A stretch of DNA of 32,961 nt from Octopus bimaculoides. Lineage: Eukaryota. The stretch lies in contig NC_068987.1 in NCBI RefSeq assembly GCF_001194135.2, positions 88,426,940-88,459,900 on the forward strand. Direction: 5' to 3'. The notes below the pieces were generated by a model. It did no database searches. It saw nothing but the letters and a program-made list of their open reading frames with translations, and was not told where the DNA came from. Made by a program: the position numbers and the translations under genes. Of this stretch, positions 19,430 through 30,750 are shown in pieces; the first letter of the stretch is position 1; every line of letters begins with the position of its first letter.

Positions 19430-19945
19430 TAATATACCGTGTATATACATACACTTACATACACTTACACACAAACACACAAACACACATATATATGCAC
19501 ATACACACACAGATACATATATGTATACAAATATATTTATACGTGCATTTACATAAATATATGCATATAGTCTTTATATATATTGACGAGAATATTAGCG
19601 TTCGACCATATGTGTGTGTATGTGTTTGTGTGTGTGTGCGTGTGTGTATGTGTAAACAGTCTTTGGTAATACAAACATACATATATGTAACTTATATTTA
19701 TAAAGAGAGACGTGTATACGTATAATCTTTATCTATCTATCTATCTGTCTGTCTGTCTGTCTATCTTTCTACCTACATACCACCTACCTACCAACCTACC
19801 TACCTACCTACCTACCTACCTACCTACCCACCTACCTAACTACTTACCTACCTACCTACCTACCTACCTACCTACCTACCTACCTACATACATACATACA
19901 TACACGCATACATACATACCTATCAACTTATCTACTCATTTATGA
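19430..19945. repeat. Microsatellite block: (CA/TA)n, (TG)n, (TATC)n, (TGTC)n, (TACC)n, (TACA)n
   Basis: Direct reading. (TACC)n spans about 19770-19886. Confidence 0.9.
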
Positions 19946-20048
19946 CCAGCGAACTTTAAAACTAGGGTAAGGATTTTACCACGTACCTAATGACAGTGTC
20001 ACAGGACATGCATATACGTATGCCTAGCTACTAATTTAAGAAGGAAAT

Positions 20049-20060
20049 ACACACACACAT

Positions 20061-20101
<41 letters not shown>

Positions 20102-20102
20102 C
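20049..20102. repeat. (CA)n(TA)n
   Basis: Direct reading. Confidence 0.9.
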
Positions 20103-20586
20103 AATAAACTCTGCATGAGACGAAAGCAAACACCGAAGAATTCAAAGACAAATAACATCAAAATATATAAGAGTAACAAAATTAATATATTCATAATGAT
20201 GGATGAAGAGGAATATATTGCAATAGTTTAGTATTCAGAAATCTATCAGTAAATGAAGTCAGACTGAGTAAAATATAATTTGGTGATAAACATACAGATG
20301 AGTATCCTTATTTCTTCAGTATTAGAGAACTACGATATGATAAAAATTTATGAACGAAACAATTCCCTCTAACCCCTAATATATTCCCATTCAGCAGCAG
20401 CTGGTGATGAGATACCGACTTATTTACGTAATTCGAATCATTCGTTTTGAACGTATCTCATCAACCATCCAATAACAGTCAGCCTTATATAGAAACTGTG
20501 ACCGCCTTAACACTCGGAAGTAAGCTTCTGAACGATCAGTCGAGAGTTTTGCATTTGTGAATCTTCAAGTAATACAGCTGTTTGTC

Positions 20587-20655
20587 CACACACACACACA
20601 CACACACACATACGTATCAATCTCACTCGCTCTCTCTCTCTCTCTCTCTCTCTCG
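20587..20655. repeat. (CA)n and (CT)n
   Basis: Direct reading. Confidence 0.9.
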
Positions 20656-21004
20656 CTCTGCCTTAAAGATAGGAAATATTTTCAGTAGTATTTTATGGCT
20701 TCTTACGTAAAAGTTGAAGAATGGTGTTGCAGTTCATAATGAACAATGTAGTTCGACTTCGTGCATCATCCTAGATGAAAGCTCAGCTTTGTATCTCGTC
20801 CCGTAATTGGATGAAAGTTAACTTGCAAAGATATTACTGTTTCGTTTAGTAATGTTCCTGTCCTTCAGACATCTGGATTCAGTGGTAGCCCCCATAATTT
20901 GGTGCAAAGTTATCAAGACGCTTACAAAATATATCTCTTTTGCAGGCCTTATGCCGTAGGACAAATATCAAATTTGGTAACACTCTCTAGTTGCATACAA
21001 GCAG

Positions 21005-21044
21005 AATCAAGATCAAGTAATCAAGATCAAGTAATCAAGATCAA
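21005..21044. repeat. 14-bp tandem repeat, about 3 units (aatcaagatcaagt)
   Basis: Units start at 21005, 21019 and 21033. Confidence 0.9.
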
Positions 21045-21088
21045 AAGGTTTAATTCTATACTTCAAACTCAATTTAGAGATTGAGGGG

Positions 21089-21132
<44 letters not shown>
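21089..21132. repeat. (GAAA)n(GA)n
   Basis: Direct reading. Confidence 0.9.
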
Positions 21133-21134
<2 letters not shown>

Positions 21135-21539
21135 AGTATCCAGTGAGTTTAGCAATTTTCAATTACAATGTACTACTTGGTATTTTCAAAACAAGCGTCG
21201 AAGATAAACATCCGAGGACATTGCTTTATATTTTCGTAAGCTAGCGTTTTTCTTATGGACAATAGGATAAAATTCTTTTTGGAGCACATTCACTTCTTGT
21301 TGTAAAGATAAAAAGAAGAGATAAGAACACTTAAACTAAATGCAATCGCAGGGGTATAAGAAAGCATAAAGTTTTCGAAGTTATTCTCTCCTAAGGCTGC
21401 ATCTGGCTTCAGAGCCACCAATGTAGCATCTCGAAGATGGAAAGCTTCAGAAAAAAAAATACAATTTCAAAAGAACTAAATTGCATCTTTCAAAACAGTT
21501 TTCAAACTAACTGAAACTCACATGTTTAATGGTAGCATG

Positions 21540-21546
21540 TATATAT

Positions 21547-21637
<91 letters not shown>

Positions 21638-21757
21638 GAAATGTATGTGTATAAATGTATATATTCATATAGAGATGTGTATTTATATACATGAGTGTAT
21701 GTGTGTGTGAGCGTAATGCTTGTATGTAAGTGTATATATATATATACAAATATACAT

Positions 21758-21794
<37 letters not shown>

Positions 21795-21945
21795 CACATC
21801 TATATATACACTCACACACATGTATATACTTATATCTATCTATTTATGTATCTATCTACCTGTATGTGTGTGTGTGTGTGTGTATGTGTGTGTGTATGTG
21901 TGCGTGCGTGTGTATGTGTGTGTGTATGCATGGGTGAGTGTGTGT
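21540..21945. repeat. Long (CA)n plus (TA)/(TG)-rich microsatellite block
   Basis: Direct reading. Source of many CVCV/THTH ORFs. Confidence 0.95.
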
Positions 21946-21966
21946 GTTGTCTGCATGCTAATAGAT

Positions 21967-22070
21967 AGGCTTGGCTAAATGTTTCAGAAGTTTGCTTCAG
22001 AACTATGTGATCCTGGTTCAATGCCATAGCATAGCATCTTGAGCAAGTGTGTTTACCATCGCCTTTGGTG
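21967..22070 (+). mobile_element. Highly degraded SINE family A head
   Basis: ggcttggctaaatg...cctggttcaatgccatagcatagcatcttgagcaagtgtgtttaccatcgcc. Confidence 0.55.
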
Positions 22071-24289
22071 AAACCCTGCCTTAGAACCTTGTCAGATAGA
22101 GTGTACCAGTAACCCAAATATTCAGTCTTGACTCTGTTACTTCTTTCAGATTGTTACTTACACAACACATACACTCACATCACATATGGCTGAAGCATCA
22201 TATCGACTTCTCTTTCATGGAGATATGTCAACATCCCCCGTTACATGCATAATAGAAGTTTGTCATTTTTCTCTTTGCCTTTTCTTGAATAAAATCTTCG
22301 AGTAAAGATGCTTTCTCTCTTGTAACGTACGTCTTCCACGATCGTATCCTTGCCTGGAGCTGACTCGTATTCAGTATAAAACTATGATCTGCGACATGTA
22401 CAAAAGGTAGTATTTTGTAGTTGTTATTTTTGTTGGCGTGTCTGTTACTCTTTGATCATTTTAGTTAGTATTTCCAACACTATTATTACGTTTCTCAATG
22501 TGTAACTCTATTTGCTTTTCTGTCAGTTTGCTTCACTGTCATATCTGCAAGTCTTCTTGGGTCTACTTTTGGCGCCGTAAGCATATTCTTGTTAGGTTCA
22601 CCTGGCTTTCTATGTTTTCTCTTGCAACCTTTCGTTATTTTTCTATAGCCTCCATTCTCACCCTAGTCTCGAAAGAAAATGGTGTTCTACAACAGGAATT
22701 GGAGCGTTACTCTTGTCAGTTTCTGAATTCGAGTATGAGACAACTTCTTCAACCATTTCTGGAGCTTCGATCTGTAGAGTTCACCCAAACTTCATTTTCT
22801 TCATGGTACCCAAAACTGTGGACGCTCATCAAATAATTCTTTTGATATCTATTGTTTGTGATTGTAGCAAACATAATATGGCAAGAGGTGCTCATCAGGC
22901 CAATCTAGATAACAACACAGGTTCATTATCAATTGAGATTAAAGAAAACCATCTATTAATGATCATTAGAAGTTATGGCTGACATGATACCGTATTTCCT
23001 CTTTTTGAAAATAGAAGGTCTTTTTTCAACACAAACTCTTTTCCTTTACTCCTGCCTCAAAAGTAAAAATAATGAATTACATGTTTTCTCTGTTCGTTTG
23101 TTAGAAATCAGCATACAAAGTAAATCTAATTACCTGCGAAAAATTTATCTGCATTTGTAAACTAGGGTTAATAATAGAGCAAACTCTAGTGTTACCTTAA
23201 ACACTTTGGTATACACATTTACAGTCCCAATGCTTCCAAAATTCAACATTCTCACCCTTTCATTTCTGGAAAAATGTTTATGTAAATTTTGGTTTTCTTT
23301 TGCTGAGATAGACCATTTAAAATCGCAGATAACATTGTCTGTAATCATTTCTAACCGCAAGGGAGTTATTAATGTGCGCAGACATGTTTTTAAGAGAGGA
23401 AAGCAAAAACTCAGATAATACATATAATAGTTAAAGGAATACAATAACATTATTATCAAATAAATCAGTAAGCCATTGTTTTTAAGCTTTCTAATTGATA
23501 TTTAACTGAATGGGGTTCAATCTAATGCTTTTAATTAATATCGTTTGATGAAAAAATTCATCTCACGTTTAAACAGTATAATAATATCTTTCATTTATCA
23601 AGAGAAGCTTTTTTAATGACAGAATCAGTAGAGTGACAGATTTAATGATTAAATATTCTGTATTTAAAACCAGGCTTTTAGTACTTTATTTCACCGTCTC
23701 TATACTGCTTTGTATTGCGTAACGAAACAATTGACTCCTTCAAAAGGTGTATTTTTTATGATTGTGTCAGAAAGCATTATTTATTCTCAATAAAGAAAAT
23801 ATGAGATGCGATGTCCTATAAAAAAGTTATTTATTATATACCATTTATTCTATGAGTTACGATAAAATGTTGAACAATAACTGATTTGCTCTATTGAATA
23901 TTTTCACATATACATTTATTGAAATTCGCTTTATAAGCGTCATACTTCTGATATTGGTAAATATGTCTATGAGCTTCAGGAATTTACAAAACTTAATAAA
24001 CGACATTATATTAACAACAGGCAATCTAGTGGTAGACACAACATCCGTCTCTCGCTAGTATCCTCTGATTAAGATATGTTATAAAAGCATGCATGAGCAA
24101 TATGAATCTCACTTACAAACATAACGAGACAACTTGAAGCAGATTTGAACTGAAGCACCATTAAACGAACAAATCTTTTTTTCCTTCACTTTACAACCAT
24201 TTTTTTGTTCTAAAAGGTTAAGTTCAATTGTCACTCCCTTTTGTGGATTTGGAGGAGGCGGCGGCGGCAGTGGTGGTGGTGGTGGGGGA

Positions 24290-24370
24290 GAGATAAAATA
24301 AAGTACCAGTCAAGTACTGGGACGATATAATTGACCTGATCCCTCTCTTCAAAATTTGCTGGTCTTAAAA
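24290..24370 (+). mobile_element. SINE family B 3' fragment
   Basis: gataaaataaagtaccagtcaagtactgggacgatataattgac...ttcaaaatttgctggtctt. Confidence 0.7.
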
Positions 24371-24999
24371 CCTGCAACAGGCTGGTGTCTCTTCGGGAAA
24401 TGTTATGATCCTGGTCACTTATGCGCCACTGGAACCGAATAACCGGTCTTATGAGTCCTAGGGCTCGAGAAAAAAAAAGAAAAAAATTAAATCTAAACGT
24501 GAATCGAATTATAAGTAAAGAGAGAAGACAAATTCTTAAAACAAGGAATATCATTTATTTTGTTAAGAATGTAAGCAACAACCTTTTTCTAAACTGCATG
24601 TCGTTCCCAGTACAGAAAATTTACATAATATTTTAAAAGCATATTAAGTGATTTCAGTACGTATTTCATTTCTTTACTATTTTCCCTTCAGTTGCATAAA
24701 CGAGAAAATAGTTTTACAAATATATATTTATGTTTCAACTTGTTATTTTGGCTGCGAAAACTAAGTTATTTAAATATCTCTGATATAATCGAGTGGAACC
24801 TTAAAATTACGGGTTAACTTGTTTAAATGTGTACATTTCTCCTTGAAATGATAAGATCTATTTTTCGTTTTGCATTGGTTACAGAATTAATGTTCACTTT
24901 GTGTATAAAAACAATGCAATCTTTTTAAATATGATCACGGAGTGTTATATATGGATGACCATTGAATGTCACAGAATTTCCTTACTCTACAATTGTGCT

Positions 25000-25200
25000 C
25001 TCTCATAGGGCCGTTTATCCGGTTACCATGGCGAAGAAGGGGTCAAAAGTACATCTCTTCAGAACAGGACACCAGTCCATTGCAGAGTTACTCATTTACA
25101 CTGCAGTGGACCGGAGCAATGCGAGATGAAGTGTTTTGCTCAAGAACACAGCGTATCGCCCGCTCCGGGAATCGAAACCACGAAATTAGGATCGTGTTCC
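25000..25200 (-). mobile_element. SINE family C fragment (tRNA head plus core), reverse orientation; left boundary uncertain
   Basis: gtggaccggagcaatgcgagatgaagtgttttgctcaagaacacagcgtatcgcccgctccgggaatcgaaaccacga. B-box-like GGTTTCGATTCC on the minus strand. Confidence 0.65.
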
Positions 25201-25437
25201 TTTGGGCATCAATCAAATTAATTGTATCAGTCATCTTCGAGTTGGTTTTGATTTATTTATACATGTTTTATCATGGTTCAAACACTTTAAAAGAATCTTA
25301 GAATAAATGTTATCTGTAAATTATATAAAATTGTAAATAAACATTTGAAGATGTCGCCACTAAGCAGAGCTCGGTTTTAGTAGGTGAGCACAAAACAGCA
25401 CTGGCAAATTCGAAGCCCCCGTACCTTGTTGATTGCT

Positions 25438-25642
25438 TTTAAATTATGGCACATGGCCAGTAATTTAGGGGATAAGTCGATTACATCGACCCTAGTAATC
25501 AACTGCTACTTGTTTCATTGACCCCGAAAGGGATGAAAGACGAAATCGACCTCGGTAGAGTTTGAACTCAGAACATAAAGACAGACGAAATACCGCTAAG
25601 CATTTTTCCCATTGTGCTAACTATTCTGCCAGCTCGCTGCCG
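25438..25642 (-). mobile_element. SINE family B
   Basis: ggcacatggccagtaattt..ggataagtcgattacatcgaccc...gaccccgaaagggatgaaag...tttgaactcagaac...ttctgccagctcgctgcc. Confidence 0.9.
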
Positions 25643-25840
25643 ACTCGTGGATTACTAATGAACTTTTAATTAATATCACAATTATGTAAACAGCAGTATC
25701 ATCGGTCACCAGATTCCATCCCTGTTTTTATATTTCTTGTGGCGAAAGATAGGGTAAGTCTCTCGTGTTGAGCTTGAAATTTAGCACAAGTTATTTAGTT
25801 CGAAAACCACTGGTTACGCATCGAGGCTTACATTGGCCAC

Positions 25841-25888
25841 ACATACACACACGCACACAGACACAGACACACACACACACACACACAC
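25841..25888. repeat. (CA)n-rich tract
   Basis: Direct reading. Confidence 0.9.
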
Positions 25889-26366
25889 AAAGATCTAGCT
25901 GTTCTCCTCTGCCTCAACCGGGAGGTGTAGCATAATTAATTGGACAAAGATCTGAATCCAATGGCAAGAGACCGTTAACAATTGGAAGCGGATACAATTG
26001 CAGTGAATGGCTATTCATCCACAAGGAACTCCTTTACACTTTCGACATGTTTTGTTTGTGATTGTGTTGGGTGTTCACGTGCCTCCCCTCCATCTCTCAA
26101 CTTGGACGAAGATTGCCAAAGTCAAAATCATAATTCCTTACGTTATTTCTACAATGTTTGAGTAAAATTCCCATCATTATCTTGCGTAGTTTCTTTGTGT
26201 TTATATCCTAAATGGAGGCAATGTTGCTTTGCATTCTTCCAGGATCGATAAAGGGAAAATACTATGCAATGGTTTTAGAGTTCAATCACACAGCACAGTA
26301 CAACAGCAATAATTCCAGGTTGGTCGGTATAATTTCCGCCGATCTCGGCGGAATTTGAACTCGATA

Positions 26367-26640
26367 TCACGATCGTAAGGTCGTGATTTCGATTTCCAAG
26401 GGCGCATTGCATCCTTATTTCACTTTGCTCCTGTCCACTTACCTGGCAAAAATAAGTTGTACCCGTACTTCAAAGGGCCAGCTTTGTCCCATTCTGTGTC
26501 ACGCTGAATCTCCCTGCCAACTACTTTAAGAGTACCCATCTCTGTAGAGCGCTCAGCTCCTTGCACATTAATTTCGCGAACAGGCTGTTCCGTTGATCGG
26601 ATCAAGTGGAACGTTGTAACCGACGGAGTACCAGTAATAA
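26367..26640 (+). mobile_element. SINE family C, partly deleted head plus body and 3' end
   Basis: cacgatcgtaaggtcgtgatttcgatttcc...tttcactttgctcctgtccact (the inverse of the 25000-25200 core), ending ...ttccgttgatcggatcaa...taaccgacggagtaccag. Confidence 0.7.
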
Positions 26641-26660
26641 ATAAATATATATGTATATAT

Positions 26661-26865
26661 AATCCTTTCTACTATAGGCACAAGGCCTGAAATTTTGGTG
26701 GAGGGGCCAGTCGATTAGATCGACCCCGGTGCGTAACTGGTGCGTAACTGGTGCATAATTTATCGACCCCGAAAGATGAAAGGCAAAGTCGACTTCGGCG
26801 GAATTTGAACTCAGACCGTATCGGCAGACAAAGTACCGCTAATGATTCTGCCAGCTCGCCGCCTT
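26661..26865 (-). mobile_element. SINE family B with internal 11-bp tandem duplication (ggtgcgtaact)
   Basis: ttctactataggcacaaggcctgaaatttt...gatcgaccccggtgcgtaactggtgcgtaactggtgc...tctgccagctcgccgcctt. Confidence 0.9.
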
Positions 26866-27519
26866 TATATGCATGTATAATAAGAATAAATATTTCGTAA
26901 AAGTAACAAAAGCGTTTTTTTTTAATGCAAAGTTTAAATAATGACTTAAAGAGATATTAAACTAAAATAAATTGTTACATATTCTATATATTTTCGCTGG
27001 ACATGAACTCGCATAATAATTGTTATTCCTATTATTATTATCATCGCCACTTTATGCATCTTAAATGTTGATGTGGAGATTTACACCGAGAAAGTATCTG
27101 AGTATTATGACATTTCGGTTGGTTTCTTAATAAATCCTGGCTTAATTTGTAACGAAATCAGTCTGTGTGTGCGTGTGTGTGTGTGTGTCCATGTGTGTGC
27201 ATTTAACTGTCGTATTTGTCTTTATGATTTTTGACGCAAAAACGCCAGTCATAACGAAACCGGCTTTGTGTCAAAATTGTAATTTAGTCAATCGATAAAA
27301 TAAAGACAACACTTAATACGTCGCCTGGTTTAACACCATCACTTGGCATTTGCAGATCTTTAGAGGACTACAATTTGGACTGAGTGTCCAGCATGAGGAT
27401 AACTGGATAACCTCATTCTACCAGTCTTGGCTGTAAGCACTGGTCATCCCACCCAGACAAAACTGTAAAGGAGATATTACAAAGCTGAAATATAAACCGA
27501 ATGTTTTTTTTTTTTTTGA

Positions 27520-27665
27520 TGTGGTAAAACTCCTTGACGGTGGTGTTCCAATATTGCCGCAATCTAACGAATGATTAAGAAGCGCGCTTTGCAACTACAT
27601 GGTCTCGGGTTCAGTCTCACTCCACAGCCGTCTCGAGCAAGTGTCTTCTACTATAGCCTTGCAAG
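27520..27665 (+). mobile_element. SINE family A tail fragment followed by a head fragment
   Basis: aaactccttgacggtggtgttccaatattgccgcaatctaa, then ...tcgggttcagtctcact...ctcgagcaagtgtcttctactatagcc. Confidence 0.65.
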
Positions 27666-27699
27666 AGAATGAGGTACAAGGAAACTGTGTGAAACGCAT

Positions 27700-27744
27700 C
27701 GTACACACACACGCACGCACACGCATACACGCACATGCACGCTC

Positions 27745-27826
<82 letters not shown>
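27700..27826. repeat. (CA)n microsatellite
   Basis: Direct reading. Confidence 0.95.
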
Positions 27827-27829
<3 letters not shown>

Positions 27830-29325
27830 AAGTTGGTTTTCTCTGTAAAACGTTAACCCTGTTTGAAAGAGAACTCCGATCCCTCAGTTAGGTTGACGCA
27901 TATACCACAGTTAGGTCTTCTGCATTTTTTCTTTTGACGCCTTCAGTGTTGTCGTTGCCGAGTATGCTTGCACTTGTGTAAGGAGACTTTTCATAGATTT
28001 AGGTTGTCTTTTGCACTTTATGAAGATGTGCATTTGGAGGATTAAATTCATTCTGTGGTCCCTATTCAATAGAGGTATGCTCTGGAGGATGGTGCCGAGA
28101 GTTTCATTGTTAAGGGGGTTATGTGTGGAGATGTATGGTAGGGCTTTTGATTGTAAATCCTTCTTGAGTTTGGGATGTCCGAGTTCGTGGATGTTGAGAT
28201 GTTGGGTACGTTGAAAGACTATATCAATTAGTGAAAGTGGATAGTTCCTGGCAATGAGCGTGCTCTTTAGTTCGTGTAGCCGTGTGTCCCTGGTGCTTAT
28301 ATTAGAAACTATAGTACAAATCCTTTTTGCTATGTTGAAGGGGATATTCATTCTAGTGTGTCTGGGGTGGTATGAGTTGAACGGTGAGGATGTCAAGGAA
28401 TGGAAGTTGTTGATGGCTATATTCCATCGTGAATTGAATGTTTACGTCAAGTCAATTTATAAGTGTTTGAAATTCTTTAAGTCACTCTATACTTTCATGC
28501 CAAAGAATGAAACAGTCATCCAGATATCTCTTTCAGTTATTTTCTATGTAGAGGGAGAATGGGTTGCCGTATTTTTCTAGTACCTTACGATAAAAACTGA
28601 TTTCTAGATATCCCATGACTAGGTCAGCAAGGCAGGGGGCCATTCTTGTACCCATCGTATTCTCCGATTTTTATCGATAGAAGTGGTCTTTGAAGACAAA
28701 GTAGTTATTCTCCAAGATGAATTTTAAAAAAAGTTTTTGATGCGATGTGGGAGTACATTGGTGTAATTCTCTAGCCAGAATTGAATTGCCTCTATTCATA
28801 GGTTGTGGGGGATATTAGAATAGAGGTTGTCTACATCGAGGGATACTAGTAGAGTGTTTTTGTTTATTGGTTTTAGGGAGGTGATTAAGCATATCTAGGT
28901 CATCCCTTATGTAGCTTTTGATATGCTTGAGGAATGGTTTTAAGAGGGTATCTAAAACGTTACTGGGGCGGTGAGTTTCGCATGCGGGACCTGCAATTAC
29001 AGGTCTTAATTTGAGATCATTAGGAGTAGGGACCTTGATTATTATGTCTGTGACTATCCTGCATGCGTTACTTTCGTGTATCTTAGGAATACCGTAGAAT
29101 TGACTGGATTTATTTTTGAAGTTAGTCATATAGTCGTATTCCTTGTCGGTGAGCCCTTCTCTGTATAGGTTTAACATTGTTTTTAGGTTTCTCATTATTT
29201 TCTGCTAACTGTAGAGTTGGACCTATATGGATAGTACTAGAGTTATATAGTATACCGTGTCCATTAAGACAACTGCACTCCCTTTATCAGCCTCTTTGAT
29301 TGTTATTGTTTCATTATATTTTCCT
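27827..29325 (-). mobile_element. Penelope-like element fragment: RT domain through linker to the start of the GIY-YIG region, with frameshifts and stops
   Basis: IKEADKGSAVVLMD (about 29285-29245); FYGIPKIH..LRPVIAGPACETHR..LDTLLKPFLKHIKSYIRDDLD; TMGTRM (about 28658-28641); RYLDDCF (about 28528-28508); FTME...LPFLD; SYHPRHTRMNIPFN.A.RIC; KCRRPNCGIC. Confidence 0.9.
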
Positions 29326-29359
29326 TATACATATCAACTCGTGTGTTCTTTTTCAACCT

Positions 29360-29361
<2 letters not shown>

Positions 29362-29421
<60 letters not shown>

Positions 29422-29423
29422 CA
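29362..29423. repeat. (CA)n microsatellite
   Basis: Direct reading. Confidence 0.95.
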
Positions 29424-30439
29424 ACCTATTATCGTTGCTGACACACAAACATATATCATAGCCACGCACGAACAGATTCACTCGGTGGAAATATCTTTTT
29501 TCTGTCGTTTGTCGCATCGACAGTATCAATAAATATTTTTGTATCTGGACTTCACACAAATTTTTATTCTGTGAACCAACCAAATATATTGTTGTTTGAT
29601 TTAGCAAGTGAACACGTTTTCCCGGTTGATAAGTTAGATACTTGTGAAATTGTAGACATTAACGTATTTTAGAGCAAAAGATGGATAAAGGATGGTAATT
29701 TTCATAGAATATCTTCCTTGGAGCGGAATGTTATGTTACCTTTATTGCTATACATTTATTGACAAGGCAGTTAAAAGACTGGATATTACACATGGCTACG
29801 TAGTAGATTAAATAGAGTCGTCTCCTTCGACTGTAGTAGCCTTCGCTTCACCTTAGCTTTCGGAGAACAAGGAACACTCAAAACATTCGAAATTTCTGCC
29901 TAATTTGCAATAAATGAGAACATGTTTACAATATATCAACAATATCACCGTTAATGTCAACGGGAACGACATCGGCGTTAATGATTGCAGCAGTCGGAAA
30001 TTTATAATAGCATAAACACACATAACAGGCTTCTATTCATACTGTAGATTAGAACATAGAGTAATTGAGAACTTGGTTTCCTGTCCAATTGCCGATTACA
30101 GAAAAATAGTCAATCCTAACACTGGCATTTTGATTCTATGTTTCCACATTAATCTATGAAACTAATCCGATAAAAGCTGTCTTTGAGAGTTCCCTCATGA
30201 AAGGGCCCGTCTACTCTTCGTAGTTCAGTCTATATTTAATTTCCTTCAACATAAAATAAATGAAGAAATGACCATAATAGAAGTAGCACCAACATTAGTA
30301 ACAGCGACGACGGCGACTGCAACAGTTTGAAGGCAACGCCAACGATAACCGAATGAATACAAGCGAAAGAAATACATTTGAACAGACCGTGATGATAGAA
30401 TAAGCTGGTACATACACAATCAGGCACATAGGCAGCCAC

Positions 30440-30530
30440 AAATACATATACACACAGACACACTTTAGCACACACACACACAGACACACTCATGCCCACA
30501 CACAGACACACTCATGCCCACACACATACA
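30440..30530. repeat. CA-rich tract with a duplicated unit of about 22 bp (cacacagacacactcatgccc)
   Basis: Direct reading. Confidence 0.8.
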
Positions 30531-30569
30531 AAAAGAATATTTATTTTTAGATTAACAGACAAGAATAAT

Positions 30570-30750
30570 TCTTTCTAAATTTGTCACAAGGCCAGCAATT
30601 TTAAGGGGAAGGAGAAGCGGCTTACATCGACTCCAGTGCTCAACTGGTATTATTTCATCGATCCAGGAAGGATGAAAGGCAAAGTCGACTTTGGTGGAAT
30701 TTGAATTCAGAAAGAGCCGGAAGAAATATTGCAAAGTATTTTCTCCGTAA
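30570..30750 (-). mobile_element. SINE family B, head truncated
   Basis: gtcacaaggccagcaatttt...tacatcgactccagtgctcaactggta...ggatgaaaggcaaagtcgactttggtggaatttgaattcaga. Confidence 0.85.

Noticed and set aside
20870-20975. Possible plus-strand exon (ccttcag/ TSGFSGSPHNLVQSYQDAYKIYLFCRPYAVGQISNL /gtaaca)
   Set aside because: It is short, the peptide is unrecognised, and I found no partner exons on that strand, so it is too weak to list.
22634-22972. Minus-strand frame of about 113 codons whose six stops are all TGA (two TGA-TGA doublets), suggesting selenoprotein or read-through
   Set aside because: A rough estimate from base composition (about 5% TAA/TAG per codon) predicts several such intervals per 33 kb over six frames. 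There is no selenoprotein-like context and I identified no SECIS.
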